Positions 29,768 through 40,396 of a DNA stretch of 64,000 bases are shown here, piece by piece. The stretch is from positions 1,632,001 through 1,696,000 of the forward strand of contig OZ244717.1 in the NCBI GenBank assembly GCA_965218975.1, written 5' to 3'. Under the pieces are notes generated by a model. It was not told the origin of the DNA, did no database searches, and saw only the letters and a list, made by a program, of their open reading frames with translations. A program made the position numbers and the translations under genes. This DNA is from Candidatus Oxydemutatoraceae bacterium. Its GTDB lineage: Bacteria; Pseudomonadota; Gammaproteobacteria; Poriferisulfidales; Oxydemutatoraceae. Each line of letters starts with the position of its first letter. Within the stretch, counting starts at the first letter, position 1.

Positions 29768-30733
29768 TTATATATTCATCCTTCTCAAAATAGACTCCAA
29801 TATGCCCCTGCCCCCTTTTTTCTTCAGAATGCTAGCCAGCCTCCTCCTCCTTGTAAGGTATCTTATAAATTTAAATTTTATTTTTAATATAACTCTTAAT
29901 GTAGAAAAAACCTCTAAACCTTTCCCTTTGATTAAAATTTTACTCAATAAGAAAACAGTTTCGGTTAAAACAAACTTCTTCTTCCTGGTGTGGTTTAAGA
30001 ATATCTTACTTTCTTTATCAAAAAACAGGCCATACCATTTCTTAATGGTCGTAACTTTATTGGATACTTTTATATATGTATAAATCCTATTCTCATAACT
30101 TTTTATTTGGTGTTTTTTAGTTAAAAGACTAAATATACTTTGGTCGTGTCTATTCGCAACAAACCCTGGATAATTAGGTAATCCGCATTGGTTTGGGTTG
30201 TCTGTTATTATTCTTTCGTCTTGAGAGTAGTACAACCATTCTTCAGCCAAGTTTATAGTTTTTTTCGACTTCCTTAAAACAAAAGAAGCTGCGTATACCT
30301 GAGGAGAATCCGTATATTCGTAAGAATCAACATCCATCAATATAAAAGCATCTCTTTTGGTCCAAACTTTTTCTCGATCACGACGACGACGTGAAGCCGA
30401 CCAACAAAAAACATCGCTATTATCACGTTTCATCGTTCTGATAACACTCTCAACGTCTTTGACAAAGTAAGCGCCCGAATCACAGTAGAACAGATAATCT
30501 TCACTGCCTATCTCCAATAACGTGTTTCTGACTATGTAAGACTTCCAAAGCCAGTATCCTCCGCCTTTTATATATTCCAGAATATGTTTATTCTTATTGT
30601 AAAACTCTGAATCAATATTTTCCGGCGAAAAAGAAATGACTTTATCAAAGCCTCCGATCAGCAGGCCCATCTTACTATTTAAGATTTGCCTTTGTTTGAA
30701 TACATTATTAGAGTAATTTATTAGTATCTTCAT
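29768..30733 (-). CDS. Glycosyltransferase-like conserved hypothetical protein, AT-rich
   Basis: GYWLWK.YI, YCDSG, WTKRD and RHDQSIFSLL motifs (DUF1647-like/GT-A-like from recall). Confidence 0.55.
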   Translation of the reverse strand: MKILINYSNNVFKQRQILNSKMGLLIGGFDKVISFSPENIDSEFYNKNKHILEYIKGGGYWLWKSYIVRNTLLEIGSEDYLFYCDSGAYFVKDVESVIRTMKRDNSDVFCWSASRRRRDREKVWTKRDAFILMDVDSYEYTDSPQVYAASFVLRKSKKTINLAEEWLYYSQDERIITDNPNQCGLPNYPGFVANRHDQSIFSLLTKKHQIKSYENRIYTYIKVSNKVTTIKKWYGLFFDKESKIFLNHTRKKKFVLTETVFLLSKILIKGKGLEVFSTLRVILKIKFKFIRYLTRRRRLASILKKKGGRGILESILRRMNI

Positions 30734-30802
30734 AATGCTTTATACTTTAATTAGTCGGAACTAACCAGTCTGAACCCACTCGCCAACAACAATTTTCATC
30801 AT

Positions 30803-31159
30803 TGTAAACGTCTCTCTAAACGGAGCAGTCTGTCGAACTTCACCTTCAACATGACAAGATAAATCATCGTATTTCAATTTCCCAGCAAATTATAAAGCGG
30901 TAAAAATAATTTTCCACGTACGATGACGCCACAGTTAAGCATAACTGCCTGTTAGTTTCCGTTGATTGATTAGTTCATGTGTAACCAGCACATCAAGCGA
31001 TAAACCATGGCATAACGCATATTCCCCGCGGACCGAACCCCACCTCATAGTCTCATCGCAAGCAGAATTTACCTCATTACACTCCAAAGAAATTTAACTG
31101 CCGAACATAAAATGCGTAAAAAACCTATAATAAACTATGCCCATAAATAATTTTAAACT
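30803..31159. pseudogene. Degenerate duplicate of the 5' part and upstream region of the 27184-28425 gene
   Basis: Aligns to 28112-28609 with substitutions and an internal deletion. Confidence 0.8.
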
Positions 31160-31161
31160 AC

Positions 31162-31968
31162 ATGGAACTTTTTATAAATTTTCTTGCTTTCGCTTTGTAT
31201 TTAACCGTTGCAGCGCTTGTCCGATCATACAGCGGAACCGATACCAAAAAAGTATCCCTTATTGTTATTAAGACCGTTTGGTTCGGCGCATTAGTCAGCC
31301 ACTCTATGGCAATCGCACCGTTCATTTTCATTGACGGACGGTGGAACTTAACCTTTTTTAATGCTGCTTCCGTAACCGCCTTATTGATTGCAACGACGCT
31401 CTTTTTTAGCTGTCTAAGGCAAAGACTTGAAATATTGGCAATATTCATTTTACCGTTCGTTGCCTTCATCTTGCTATTTGGTTTTTTCACAAGCGAGAAA
31501 ATTGCTTTGACCAGTCCCAATCTTAACTTTGGTGTGCAAACACATATCATTACCTCCTTGATTGCTTATGGCGTGTTGATCCTGACTGCTGCAACCGCTA
31601 CTCTACTGCGCATACAAGACACATATCTACATCGGGGAGATACTCATAGACTGCTTACAACATTACCTTCGTTGGAACGCAGTGAAATTTTTTTGTTTCA
31701 CCTTCTTAGCCTTGGGCTCAGCCTGCTAACCTTAAGCTTGATTAGCGGTTGGATTTATTTAGAAGATTTATTTGCCCAGCACATGGTTCATAAAACGATA
31801 TTATCCGTTGTCGCTTGGTTCATATTAATTAGTTTGCTTGTCGGTCATCTATTATTCGGTTGGCGAGGTAATAAATTTCTAAGATTTCTGCTCAGTGGTA
31901 CCGGGCTTTTGATCATCGCTTACTTCGGTAGTAAAGTTGTTCTTGAATTCATTCTACACCGCGCATAA
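31162..31968 (+). CDS. Cytochrome c assembly family inner membrane protein (CcsA/YpjD-like)
   Basis: HII.SL.AY, LPSLE..E, LFAQHMVHKTILS and GWRG motifs; precedes a HlyC/CorC gene as in ypjD-yfjD. Confidence 0.88.
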   Translation: MELFINFLAFALYLTVAALVRSYSGTDTKKVSLIVIKTVWFGALVSHSMAIAPFIFIDGRWNLTFFNAASVTALLIATTLFFSCLRQRLEILAIFILPFVAFILLFGFFTSEKIALTSPNLNFGVQTHIITSLIAYGVLILTAATATLLRIQDTYLHRGDTHRLLTTLPSLERSEIFLFHLLSLGLSLLTLSLISGWIYLEDLFAQHMVHKTILSVVAWFILISLLVGHLLFGWRGNKFLRFLLSGTGLLIIAYFGSKVVLEFILHRA

Positions 31969-31987
31969 GTAATCGGCGCGACCTTAC

Positions 31988-33274
31988 ATGCTTGAAAATA
32001 TCCCTCTCTATACGCTATTCATTATTTTAATCGTGCTGTTCTTTCTGTCCGCTTTTTTTTCCGGATCAGAAACCGCTTTCATGAGCGTCAATCGTTACCA
32101 AATCGCACATTTAGCAGCCAATGGAAACAAGGCGGCGCAACGTGTACTAAAATTACTTGGCCGCCCGGACCGTTTTATCAGTCTGATCTTGCTTGGAAAT
32201 AACTTTGTAAATATCGTCATCGCCCAGCTTGCAACATACGTCGGGTACCGCTTGTACGGGAATATCGGGGTTGCGATTGCGACCGGCGCTTTGACTTTTC
32301 TGATTTTAGTGTTTGCCGAGCTGACGCCGAAAATTCTAGCGACACGTTATTCACAAAAAATTTCCATGTTCACTTCTTGGATTTATCTACCTCTAATGGC
32401 ATCGGCGTATCCTCTAATATCGCTGACCAACTTCTTTTCTAATACATTGTTAGCAGCTTGCGGGGCCTCCGACAATCATAAAACGATCAATCCTTTAAAT
32501 CGCGGCGAACTGCGTACTTTGCTATCCCGTTCAGAGCAAAGCATTTCTACTGAATATCAAAAAATGTTGCTCGGTATCCTAGACCTTGAACGACGCACTG
32601 TCGAGGACATTATGATTCCGCGTAATGAAATACAGGGGGTGGATTTATCTAAAAGCATTGAGCGGATTAAGCAACAACTTACCGGTGCAATTCACACGCG
32701 AATGCCACTCTATAATGGCGATATCAATCATATCACCGGCATCCTACATTTGCGTGAGGCGTTAACAATGATTGACAATGAAGAACTCACGCCGGAACGT
32801 ATGGTTAAACTTGCACACGACCCTTACTACATTCCGGAACACACAAACCTATATATGGCATTGATTAATTTCAAGTTGCACAAACAAGTGAACGGTTTGA
32901 TCGTTGATGAATACGGCGACATTCAAGGTTTGATTACATTGGAGGATTTACTTGAGGAAATCGTCGGTGAGTTTACTAATAATCCCACCGTTTACGATCA
33001 GGAAATTAAACCACAACCCGATGGCAGTGTTATTGTTGACGGCAGTTGTCATGTGCGCGAGTTCAATCGAACAATGCAATGGGAACTTAATGAACAGGGA
33101 CCTAAAACCATTAGCGGTTTAATTATTGAACACCTCGAAACAATTCCTGAAGTCGGCACCGGATTATTAATACAAAATTATCCTTTTGAAGTAATTAAAA
33201 CCGGAAAAAATACTATCCGCACAGTTAAAATCGGTAAGCGGCTCAAACAACACGATCCGGAAGCAACTTCATGA
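31988..33274 (+). CDS. CNNM/HlyC-CorC family transporter (CBS domains)
   Basis: SAFFSGSETA, LGNNFVN, AE..PK, VEDIMIPR and VDEYGDIQGLITLEDLLEEIVG motifs. Confidence 0.93.
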   Translation: MLENIPLYTLFIILIVLFFLSAFFSGSETAFMSVNRYQIAHLAANGNKAAQRVLKLLGRPDRFISLILLGNNFVNIVIAQLATYVGYRLYGNIGVAIATGALTFLILVFAELTPKILATRYSQKISMFTSWIYLPLMASAYPLISLTNFFSNTLLAACGASDNHKTINPLNRGELRTLLSRSEQSISTEYQKMLLGILDLERRTVEDIMIPRNEIQGVDLSKSIERIKQQLTGAIHTRMPLYNGDINHITGILHLREALTMIDNEELTPERMVKLAHDPYYIPEHTNLYMALINFKLHKQVNGLIVDEYGDIQGLITLEDLLEEIVGEFTNNPTVYDQEIKPQPDGSVIVDGSCHVREFNRTMQWELNEQGPKTISGLIIEHLETIPEVGTGLLIQNYPFEVIKTGKNTIRTVKIGKRLKQHDPEATS

Positions 33275-35808
33275 ATATATTACGGAAATTATATACAAAC
33301 CTGATTCTCCGACACCCGTTACTTACACTCATTGTCGTTAGTTTACTGATCGGCGGAATATCCGTCCATGTGCCGAAAATCAAGCTTGACGCATCAGCTG
33401 ACTCGCTGGTGTTGGAAAACGACGACGACCTGAAGTATTTCCGAGAAATTAATTCACGCTATGAAACAAAAAGATTCTTAGTTATCACCTACCGCCCCGA
33501 CAAAAATATTTTTGCCGACGATGCTTTGACTGCAATCGGAGCATTACAAAAAGACTTGGAGCTGCTAGATGGAATTTCAGAAGTGATTTCTATACTGAAT
33601 GTACCACTGTTAAACAGTCCGTCCATTCCTCTCGAGCAGTTGACAAAAACTATCCGTACTCTCGACACACCCAACATTGATAGGAAGCTGGCGCAACAGG
33701 AATTTTCAGAAAGTCCCTTATACCGCGAGCTCTTGTTAAGCGCCGACCGCAATGTGACCGCACTAATCGCATATCTTAAGGAAGATCCGGTTTATAAAGA
33801 TCTATATCAACAACGTCGCACCCTACGTGAAATGAAATACGCCGGGAAGGCCGATGACGAACACATGATGGAATTAGCAATTATCGAAAAGGAGTTCCGT
33901 GATTATCAAGCGAAGCATGATGCACACGAACGTCAGCAGATCGCCAAAGTGCGAGAAATTATCGACCGGCATCGAGGCAATAATGAAATATTCCTTGGCG
34001 GTGTTCCGATGATTGTCGCCGACATGATTAATTTTATTAAAACCGACCTGATAACATTTGGCAGTGCGATTTTTCTATTCCTTATCATCACGCTGACAAT
34101 CATATTCCGGCAATTACGCTGGGTTTTACTACCAATGCTATGCTGTAGTCTTCCGACCGTCGCCACAATCGGGTTACTCGGTATGCTTGATTGGCGAATT
34201 ACCGTTATCTCATCAAATTTTATCGCTCTATTATTGATTATTACGATGTCTATGACAATTCACTTAATTGTTCGCTACCGTGAAATGCAAGCAAATGATG
34301 CGGCACAACCAATAAAAGAGCGAGTTACAGAAACAATTAATTTCATGCTGAAACCTTGCTTTTACGCCGCACTGACTACTGTGACCGCTTTCATGTCACT
34401 ATTAATTAGCGGCATCCGACCGGTAATTGATTTTGGCTACATGATGACTATCGGTGTCGGGTTCGCTTTTGTTCTGACTTTTATGATATTTCCCAGTGTT
34501 TTGCTATTAATGCCTAAAGGACACAGCTCGCAAGAAAAAGATTTTACTTCACGTCTAACAGCAAATTTCGCACACATTACTTGCAAGCACCATCGCATTA
34601 TTTTGATGATCGCAAGCGCGATTGCAGTGGCAAGTATCATCGGTATTTCTCAACTGAGAGTGGAAAATCGTTTTATTGATTACTTCAAAGAACATACCGA
34701 AATCTATCAAGGTATGCTAACCATTGATCGCAAGTTAGGCGGCACAACGCCTTTGGATTTCATCCTTCGCGCTCCGCCGAGCTTCCCAAACGATCATTCG
34801 GCTGCCGGAGATTCGGCGGAAGATGATTTACTCGACGGTTACTTTACTCAAATCAATACGGAAACGCCGGAAAAATCGAACTATTGGTTGACTCCATTGC
34901 ATTTTAGAGAAATAAAGAAAATTCATGATTATTTTGAAGCGCGACCGGAAATTGGCAAAGTATTGTCTCTGGCAACGCTAGTAAAACTTGCCGAACAACT
35001 CAACGACAACCAAGCTCTGCTTGACTTTGAGACGGCTTTATTGCCGAAACTTTTGCCTAAAGAAATCAGCAATATTCTGCTTAATCCCTTTTATTCGGAA
35101 TCAAACAATGAACTACGTTTTACGATGCGTATTATTGATTCGGATAAAAATCTGCAGCGTAATGAATTATTACGGCAGATTAGCCAAGACATCAAAGCGA
35201 TGGGCTATCCTACCGATCGCTTCCGTCTAACCAACATGCTAGTACTCTACAACAACATGCTGCAAAGCCTTTATCAGTCGCAAATTCTGACGCTCACTGC
35301 GGTGTTCCTTGCGATTACCCTTATGTTTGTCGTGCTATTTCGCTCACTAACGCTTGCAATTCTTGCGATTATTCCGAATTTACTTGCAGCCGGCTTAATA
35401 CTCGGCTTTATGGGATGGATGAACATCCCTTTGGATATGATGACGATTACAATTGCCGCGATCAGCATCGGTATCGCAGTCGATAATACGATCCACTACA
35501 TCATCCGATTCAAACGTGAATTTCTTAAAGACTATGATTATTTTGCGGCAGTCAGTCGCTGTCACGGTAGTATTGGTAAAGCAATGTACTATACATCGAC
35601 TGTTATTATCGTCGGCTTTTCAATTCTGGCGCTATCTAACTTTATTCCTAGCGTTCACTTTGGTTTGCTAACCGGTTTGGCAATGATCGCAGCTTTTATT
35701 GCGGCGTTGACCCTTCTGCCTTCTCTATTGATCATATTCCGGCCCTTGGAAAAGGGTTCCGCCTTATCCTCGACAAGTCAAGAAAACAAATTAAATTCTG
35801 CAATTTGA
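33271..35808 (+). CDS. MMPL/RND family transporter
   Basis: Two TM repeats with large periplasmic loops; GGVPMIVADM and GIAVD.TIHY motifs. Confidence 0.9.
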   Translation: MNILRKLYTNLILRHPLLTLIVVSLLIGGISVHVPKIKLDASADSLVLENDDDLKYFREINSRYETKRFLVITYRPDKNIFADDALTAIGALQKDLELLDGISEVISILNVPLLNSPSIPLEQLTKTIRTLDTPNIDRKLAQQEFSESPLYRELLLSADRNVTALIAYLKEDPVYKDLYQQRRTLREMKYAGKADDEHMMELAIIEKEFRDYQAKHDAHERQQIAKVREIIDRHRGNNEIFLGGVPMIVADMINFIKTDLITFGSAIFLFLIITLTIIFRQLRWVLLPMLCCSLPTVATIGLLGMLDWRITVISSNFIALLLIITMSMTIHLIVRYREMQANDAAQPIKERVTETINFMLKPCFYAALTTVTAFMSLLISGIRPVIDFGYMMTIGVGFAFVLTFMIFPSVLLLMPKGHSSQEKDFTSRLTANFAHITCKHHRIILMIASAIAVASIIGISQLRVENRFIDYFKEHTEIYQGMLTIDRKLGGTTPLDFILRAPPSFPNDHSAAGDSAEDDLLDGYFTQINTETPEKSNYWLTPLHFREIKKIHDYFEARPEIGKVLSLATLVKLAEQLNDNQALLDFETALLPKLLPKEISNILLNPFYSESNNELRFTMRIIDSDKNLQRNELLRQISQDIKAMGYPTDRFRLTNMLVLYNNMLQSLYQSQILTLTAVFLAITLMFVVLFRSLTLAILAIIPNLLAAGLILGFMGWMNIPLDMMTITIAAISIGIAVDNTIHYIIRFKREFLKDYDYFAAVSRCHGSIGKAMYYTSTVIIVGFSILALSNFIPSVHFGLLTGLAMIAAFIAALTLLPSLLIIFRPLEKGSALSSTSQENKLNSAI

Positions 35809-35813
35809 CAACC

Positions 35814-36656
35814 ATGGCTAAAGTAAAAATACAGATGACGCATAACCGATTGAAACCCACTTATGCGGTCGAAATTCGCGATCAATTCAACCAAACGCAA
35901 AAGACTCGAATTTCAGGGGAGTCCTCACTCACATTAATCGTCAACGGCAAAGAACTAGTGACTCTAATGACATTAGGCACATATCCGGAGGAACTCGCGC
36001 TTGGTTATTTATATAATCAACGGCTGATCGATAACATTAATGATATTCAATCCATCCAAGTCGATTGGGAACGCGAGCGCGCAGACATCCAATTACATCC
36101 GGGAAAAGAAATCAGTCAATGGGAAGAAAAAATTTCCAAAAGAATTGTTACTAGCGGATGCGGACAAGGCACTATCTTTAGCTGCACATTAGATAAGTTA
36201 TACGAGCAACCTCTGCCTGAACTAAAAATTAAACAATCGACTATCTACGCTCTGCTAAAGCATGTTACGCAACTAAACGAGATTTATAAAACCGCAGGTG
36301 CAGTCCATGGCTGTGCACTGTGCCATAGCGATGAGATTTTATTTTCGATCGAGGATGTGGGACGACATAACGCCGCAGATGCAATTGCCGGAATGATGTG
36401 CTTAGAAGGCATTTCCGGTAACGATAAAATTTTCTACACAACCGGACGACTCACATCAGAGATTGTAATGAAAAGCGCCTGCATGGGAATCCCGGTACTG
36501 CTGTCACGTTCCGGCGTAACCAATATGGGACTAACTTTGGCAGAAGATTTAAATATAACTATGATTGCGCGGGCAAAAGGTAAAGCGTTCCGGGTTTACC
36601 ATAACGCGCAAAATATCATCTATGATGCGATTCCGATAACGCTAAAGTCGACATAG
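35814..36656 (+). CDS. fdhD: Formate dehydrogenase accessory sulfurtransferase
   Basis: SGCGQG, GAVHGCAL, EDVGRHNA.D and TGRLTSE motifs. Confidence 0.93.
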   Translation: MAKVKIQMTHNRLKPTYAVEIRDQFNQTQKTRISGESSLTLIVNGKELVTLMTLGTYPEELALGYLYNQRLIDNINDIQSIQVDWERERADIQLHPGKEISQWEEKISKRIVTSGCGQGTIFSCTLDKLYEQPLPELKIKQSTIYALLKHVTQLNEIYKTAGAVHGCALCHSDEILFSIEDVGRHNAADAIAGMMCLEGISGNDKIFYTTGRLTSEIVMKSACMGIPVLLSRSGVTNMGLTLAEDLNITMIARAKGKAFRVYHNAQNIIYDAIPITLKST

Positions 36657-36878
36657 CAACTTACTCACATATACTTGCACTTTCTCCCGTCCCACGTACG
36701 GTAACTGAACGCATATAGATTTCTGCCTATACTTTGCGGGAACATCAATCTAGTCCTTACTCAACATCACTATTATGCATAACGATAACGTTACAGGTGC
36801 CTCACAATCGCATTTGAATTGTAGCGTATAATGCGCAATTGAGGGTATGAACTACGCAGAAACAGCCACTATAAACCG

Positions 36879-37142
36879 ATGCCGAGAAAAAGTTCCGCTA
36901 AATTAATTAGTTTCGAACAATCAATGAATGAGCTTGAACAAACTATTGAATCGCTTGAAAGAGGAGATTTGACTCTTGAAGAATCCATTGAGCGGTTTGA
37001 ACACGGTGTCAAACTAATCAAAACATGCCAAACCACCCTGAATCAAGCGGAAAAGAAAGTGCGCATCTTGGTCGAAAAAAACAGCTCTTTGCAACTAAAA
37101 GATTTCTCCGAAGAGGGGTCCAACGATGAGGAAAATTACTAG
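36879..37142 (+). CDS. xseB: Exodeoxyribonuclease VII small subunit
   Basis: SFEQSM.ELE..I..LE.G.L.LEES...FE.G motif. Confidence 0.95.
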   Translation: MPRKSSAKLISFEQSMNELEQTIESLERGDLTLEESIERFEHGVKLIKTCQTTLNQAEKKVRILVEKNSSLQLKDFSEEGSNDEENY

Positions 37143-37144
37143 GA

Positions 37145-38020
37145 ATGGATTTTTCGAACACTCGGGCATTCCTTTCAATTTGTTCTGAAAAAACAGAAAG
37201 CAATTTAGAGCGCTATTACAAAAACTACTCCGGTCCTCCGCAGTTAATCGAAGCAATTCGTTACGCTAGTCTCGGCGGTGGCAAAAAGATTCGCCCCGCA
37301 CTCATCTACGCGTCTGCCGAAACGTATCAGCTGAATGAAACCTTAGTGCATGACATTGCTTGTGCCACTGAATTGATACATGCCTACTCGCTTATTCACG
37401 ACGATTTACCTTCTATGGACAATGATGATTTTCGTCGAGGGAAACCGACGGTGCATAAAAAATTCGGTGAAGCGATAGCAATCCTGGCAGGGGATGCAAT
37501 GCACGCATTAGCATTTGAAATACTTGCGAAATCCACCGCGCTGAAAGCCGATCATAAAGTACAAATTATCGCTTTACTTGCACACACCACCGGTATCGCG
37601 GGGATGTGCGGAGGACAAGTTATTGACATTCGACCTAATCCCCAAAAAGGCATCAGTACGGTCATAGAAATACATCGACTAAAAACCGGCACTTTGATTG
37701 CATCTTGCATTGAAACGCCTTGGATCTGTGCAAACGGTGTTTTGAATGCGAAAGAACGAACTCTGTTAAAAGATTTTTCCCGCGATATTGGCCTATGCTT
37801 TCAAATTCGCGATGACATCTTGGACTATGAATCCGATAGCCAAAACAAACAGGCTAATTCACCCAGAAAGCTTACCTATCCTCTAGTAATAGGGCTCGAA
37901 CAAAGCAAATTAAAACTGCGCGAACTTGAACAACAATGCTTAAGACGCTTAACGCAACTGAACCATCCGATCGACAGACTCATCGAACTGACGCATTACA
38001 TCAGCCAACGACCCAATTGA
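37145..38020 (+). CDS. ispA: Farnesyl diphosphate synthase
   Basis: GGKKIRP, DDLPSMDNDD.RRG and FQIRDDILD motifs. Confidence 0.93.
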   Translation: MDFSNTRAFLSICSEKTESNLERYYKNYSGPPQLIEAIRYASLGGGKKIRPALIYASAETYQLNETLVHDIACATELIHAYSLIHDDLPSMDNDDFRRGKPTVHKKFGEAIAILAGDAMHALAFEILAKSTALKADHKVQIIALLAHTTGIAGMCGGQVIDIRPNPQKGISTVIEIHRLKTGTLIASCIETPWICANGVLNAKERTLLKDFSRDIGLCFQIRDDILDYESDSQNKQANSPRKLTYPLVIGLEQSKLKLRELEQQCLRRLTQLNHPIDRLIELTHYISQRPN

Positions 38021-38030
38021 GATAGACACT

Positions 38031-39923
38031 ATGACAGATTCGGATAGCTCTAAGTATTCGCTACTTGATCAGATCAATGATCCGTCTGATTTACGTCGCT
38101 TGCCCGCAAAAGATTTACCAAAACTTTGCAACGAGGTGCGTAATTATTTAATCGCAACTATTTCCGAATGCGGCGGGCATTTTGCTGCAGGTCTCGGTGC
38201 CGTAGAAATTACCATTGCTTTACACTATATATTAGACACTCCGCGCGATCGCCTAATCTGGGATGTCGGTCACCAAACGTATCCGCATAAAATTCTCACC
38301 GGACGTAAAGAACGATTGGCAACGATACGAAAAATAGGCGGTTTGGCCCCGTTCCCTAAACGTAATGAAAGCGAATATGATGTCTTCGGCACGGGTCATT
38401 CAAGCACTGCTATTAGCGCTGCGACCGGCATTTCACTCGCACTTAGGCAACAAAACAAAAAACACAAAGTCGTTGCGGTAGTCGGAGACGGTGGAATAAC
38501 CGCCGGCATGGCATACGAAGCAATGAATCATTTGGGCGCCGTCAAAACCGATATGTTGATCATTCTCAATGACAACGAAATGTCAATCTCTCCTAATGTC
38601 GGTGCAATGACAAATTACCTGACACGAATTATCTCCAGTAGATTTTACACTTCAGTAATGAAAGGCGGCAGGCGTCTTCTCGAACCAATGCCTCCGGTTC
38701 ACAAAATTTTTCATCGCGCCAAGCTACATTTAAAAGGAATGATGATTCCGGATACTTTATTTGAGGAATTGGGGATTCATTATTACGGACCGGTTGACGG
38801 ACATAACATAAATTTATTGGTAAAAACACTCAGCAGCCTAAAAAACATGGACACCCCTCGTCTGTTACATATCGTAACACGTAAAGGCAAAGGCTATAAG
38901 CAAGCAGAGCAAGATCCTGTCAAATACCATGCGGTCGGCAGATTTAACCCCAGTGTAGGCATTCGGCAAACCGGCAAACCTTCCAAAATTCCAACTTACA
39001 GTGAAGTCTTTAGCCGTTGGGTCTGCGATATGGCGGCACAGGACTCACGTCTGATTGCGATTACACCGGCAATGCGCGAGGGTTCAGGTTTAATTGAATT
39101 TGAAAAACGCTTCCCCGAACGTTACTTTGATGTCGGCATTGCCGAACAACATGCTGTTACTTTAGCGGCGGGATTCGCTTGTGAAGGAATAAAACCGGTG
39201 GTCGCCATCTATTCAACATTTCTGCAACGCTCTTACGATCAACTAATCCACGATATTGCAATTCAAAATTTACCGGTGCTATTTGCTGTCGATCGTGCCG
39301 GTTTGGTCGGCCCCGATGGGCAAACTCACGCCGGAAGTTTTGATTTAACCTATCTGCGCTGTATTCCCAACCTATTAATCATGGCGCCGAATAACGCCGA
39401 TGAATGCCGCAAAATGCTTTCAACCGGATTTCTACACTCGGGACCTAGCGCAGTACGCTACCCGCGCGGAAATGCGCCTGCCGCTGCAACTGAAGATGCT
39501 TTGGACCCAATACCGATCGGTAAAGCTATCAAGCGGCGTACGGGGCATAGAATCGCACTACTCAGCTTCGGTGCGACCACCGCGCTCGTTGCGGCAGAAA
39601 CTCTGGACGCAACTGTTTTTGATATGCGCTTCGTTAAACCATTGGATACGGCGACAATTGAAATGGCGGTAAATTCGCACGAATATTTAGTAACCGTAGA
39701 AGATAATGCCCGCGCCGGCGGCGTCGGTTCTAGCGTCAATGAATACCTCGCCGCGCAGAAAATCAATATACCCGTATTAAACCTTGGTTTACCGGATTAC
39801 TTCCAAAATCACGCTAGCCGAAATGAATTGTTAAAAGAAGCCGGACTTGATGCGGCAGGCATTGAAAACAGTGTGCAAAAATTTGTCCGCGAAACTATCC
39901 CGGCCCATGTTTCCAAAACCTAA
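38031..39923 (+). CDS. dxs: 1-deoxy-D-xylulose-5-phosphate synthase
   Basis: WDVGHQ.YPHK, GDG...G.AYEA, NDNEMSIS, IAEQHA and DRAGLVG.DG motifs. Confidence 0.98.
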   Translation: MTDSDSSKYSLLDQINDPSDLRRLPAKDLPKLCNEVRNYLIATISECGGHFAAGLGAVEITIALHYILDTPRDRLIWDVGHQTYPHKILTGRKERLATIRKIGGLAPFPKRNESEYDVFGTGHSSTAISAATGISLALRQQNKKHKVVAVVGDGGITAGMAYEAMNHLGAVKTDMLIILNDNEMSISPNVGAMTNYLTRIISSRFYTSVMKGGRRLLEPMPPVHKIFHRAKLHLKGMMIPDTLFEELGIHYYGPVDGHNINLLVKTLSSLKNMDTPRLLHIVTRKGKGYKQAEQDPVKYHAVGRFNPSVGIRQTGKPSKIPTYSEVFSRWVCDMAAQDSRLIAITPAMREGSGLIEFEKRFPERYFDVGIAEQHAVTLAAGFACEGIKPVVAIYSTFLQRSYDQLIHDIAIQNLPVLFAVDRAGLVGPDGQTHAGSFDLTYLRCIPNLLIMAPNNADECRKMLSTGFLHSGPSAVRYPRGNAPAAATEDALDPIPIGKAIKRRTGHRIALLSFGATTALVAAETLDATVFDMRFVKPLDTATIEMAVNSHEYLVTVEDNARAGGVGSSVNEYLAAQKINIPVLNLGLPDYFQNHASRNELLKEAGLDAAGIENSVQKFVRETIPAHVSKT

Positions 39924-40396
39924 GTAAGACAAGCGCAAAATTGCTTCGCACGCTTAGATAATGGTTTTCAAATATTCTTTTAACTTACTGCCTATTTCCG
40001 AGTGGCGCAAACCCATTTCAATATTAGCATGCATATAGCCCCATTTATTTCCGCAGTCGTAACGTTTCCCGGAAAATTTATAAGCAAAAATGTCCTTTGT
40101 TTTCAACACTTCAACTAATGCGTCGGTTAATTGAACCTCGCCTTGCACCCCTGCCAAATGCTTGCTTAATTGCTCAAGCACGTCTGATGTTAGTATATAT
40201 CGTCCGATGATGGCGAGATTCCCCGACGCTTCCCCAATTGCAGGTTTTTCAACTAAACTTGAAACCCGCAGAACATGGTCGGAAATCGGATCACCGCTCA
40301 CTATGCCGTAGCGACTCACTTCTGACGGCGTCACCTCCTCAACCGCAACTACACTGCATTGATGCTTTTGGTATACTTCAATTAGCTGTTGCAGCA
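39779..40396. repeat. 618-bp direct repeat, left copy (dxs 3' end plus truncated galU 3' half)
   Basis: Appears identical to 42308-42925 and abuts the IS terminal repeat. Confidence 0.95.
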
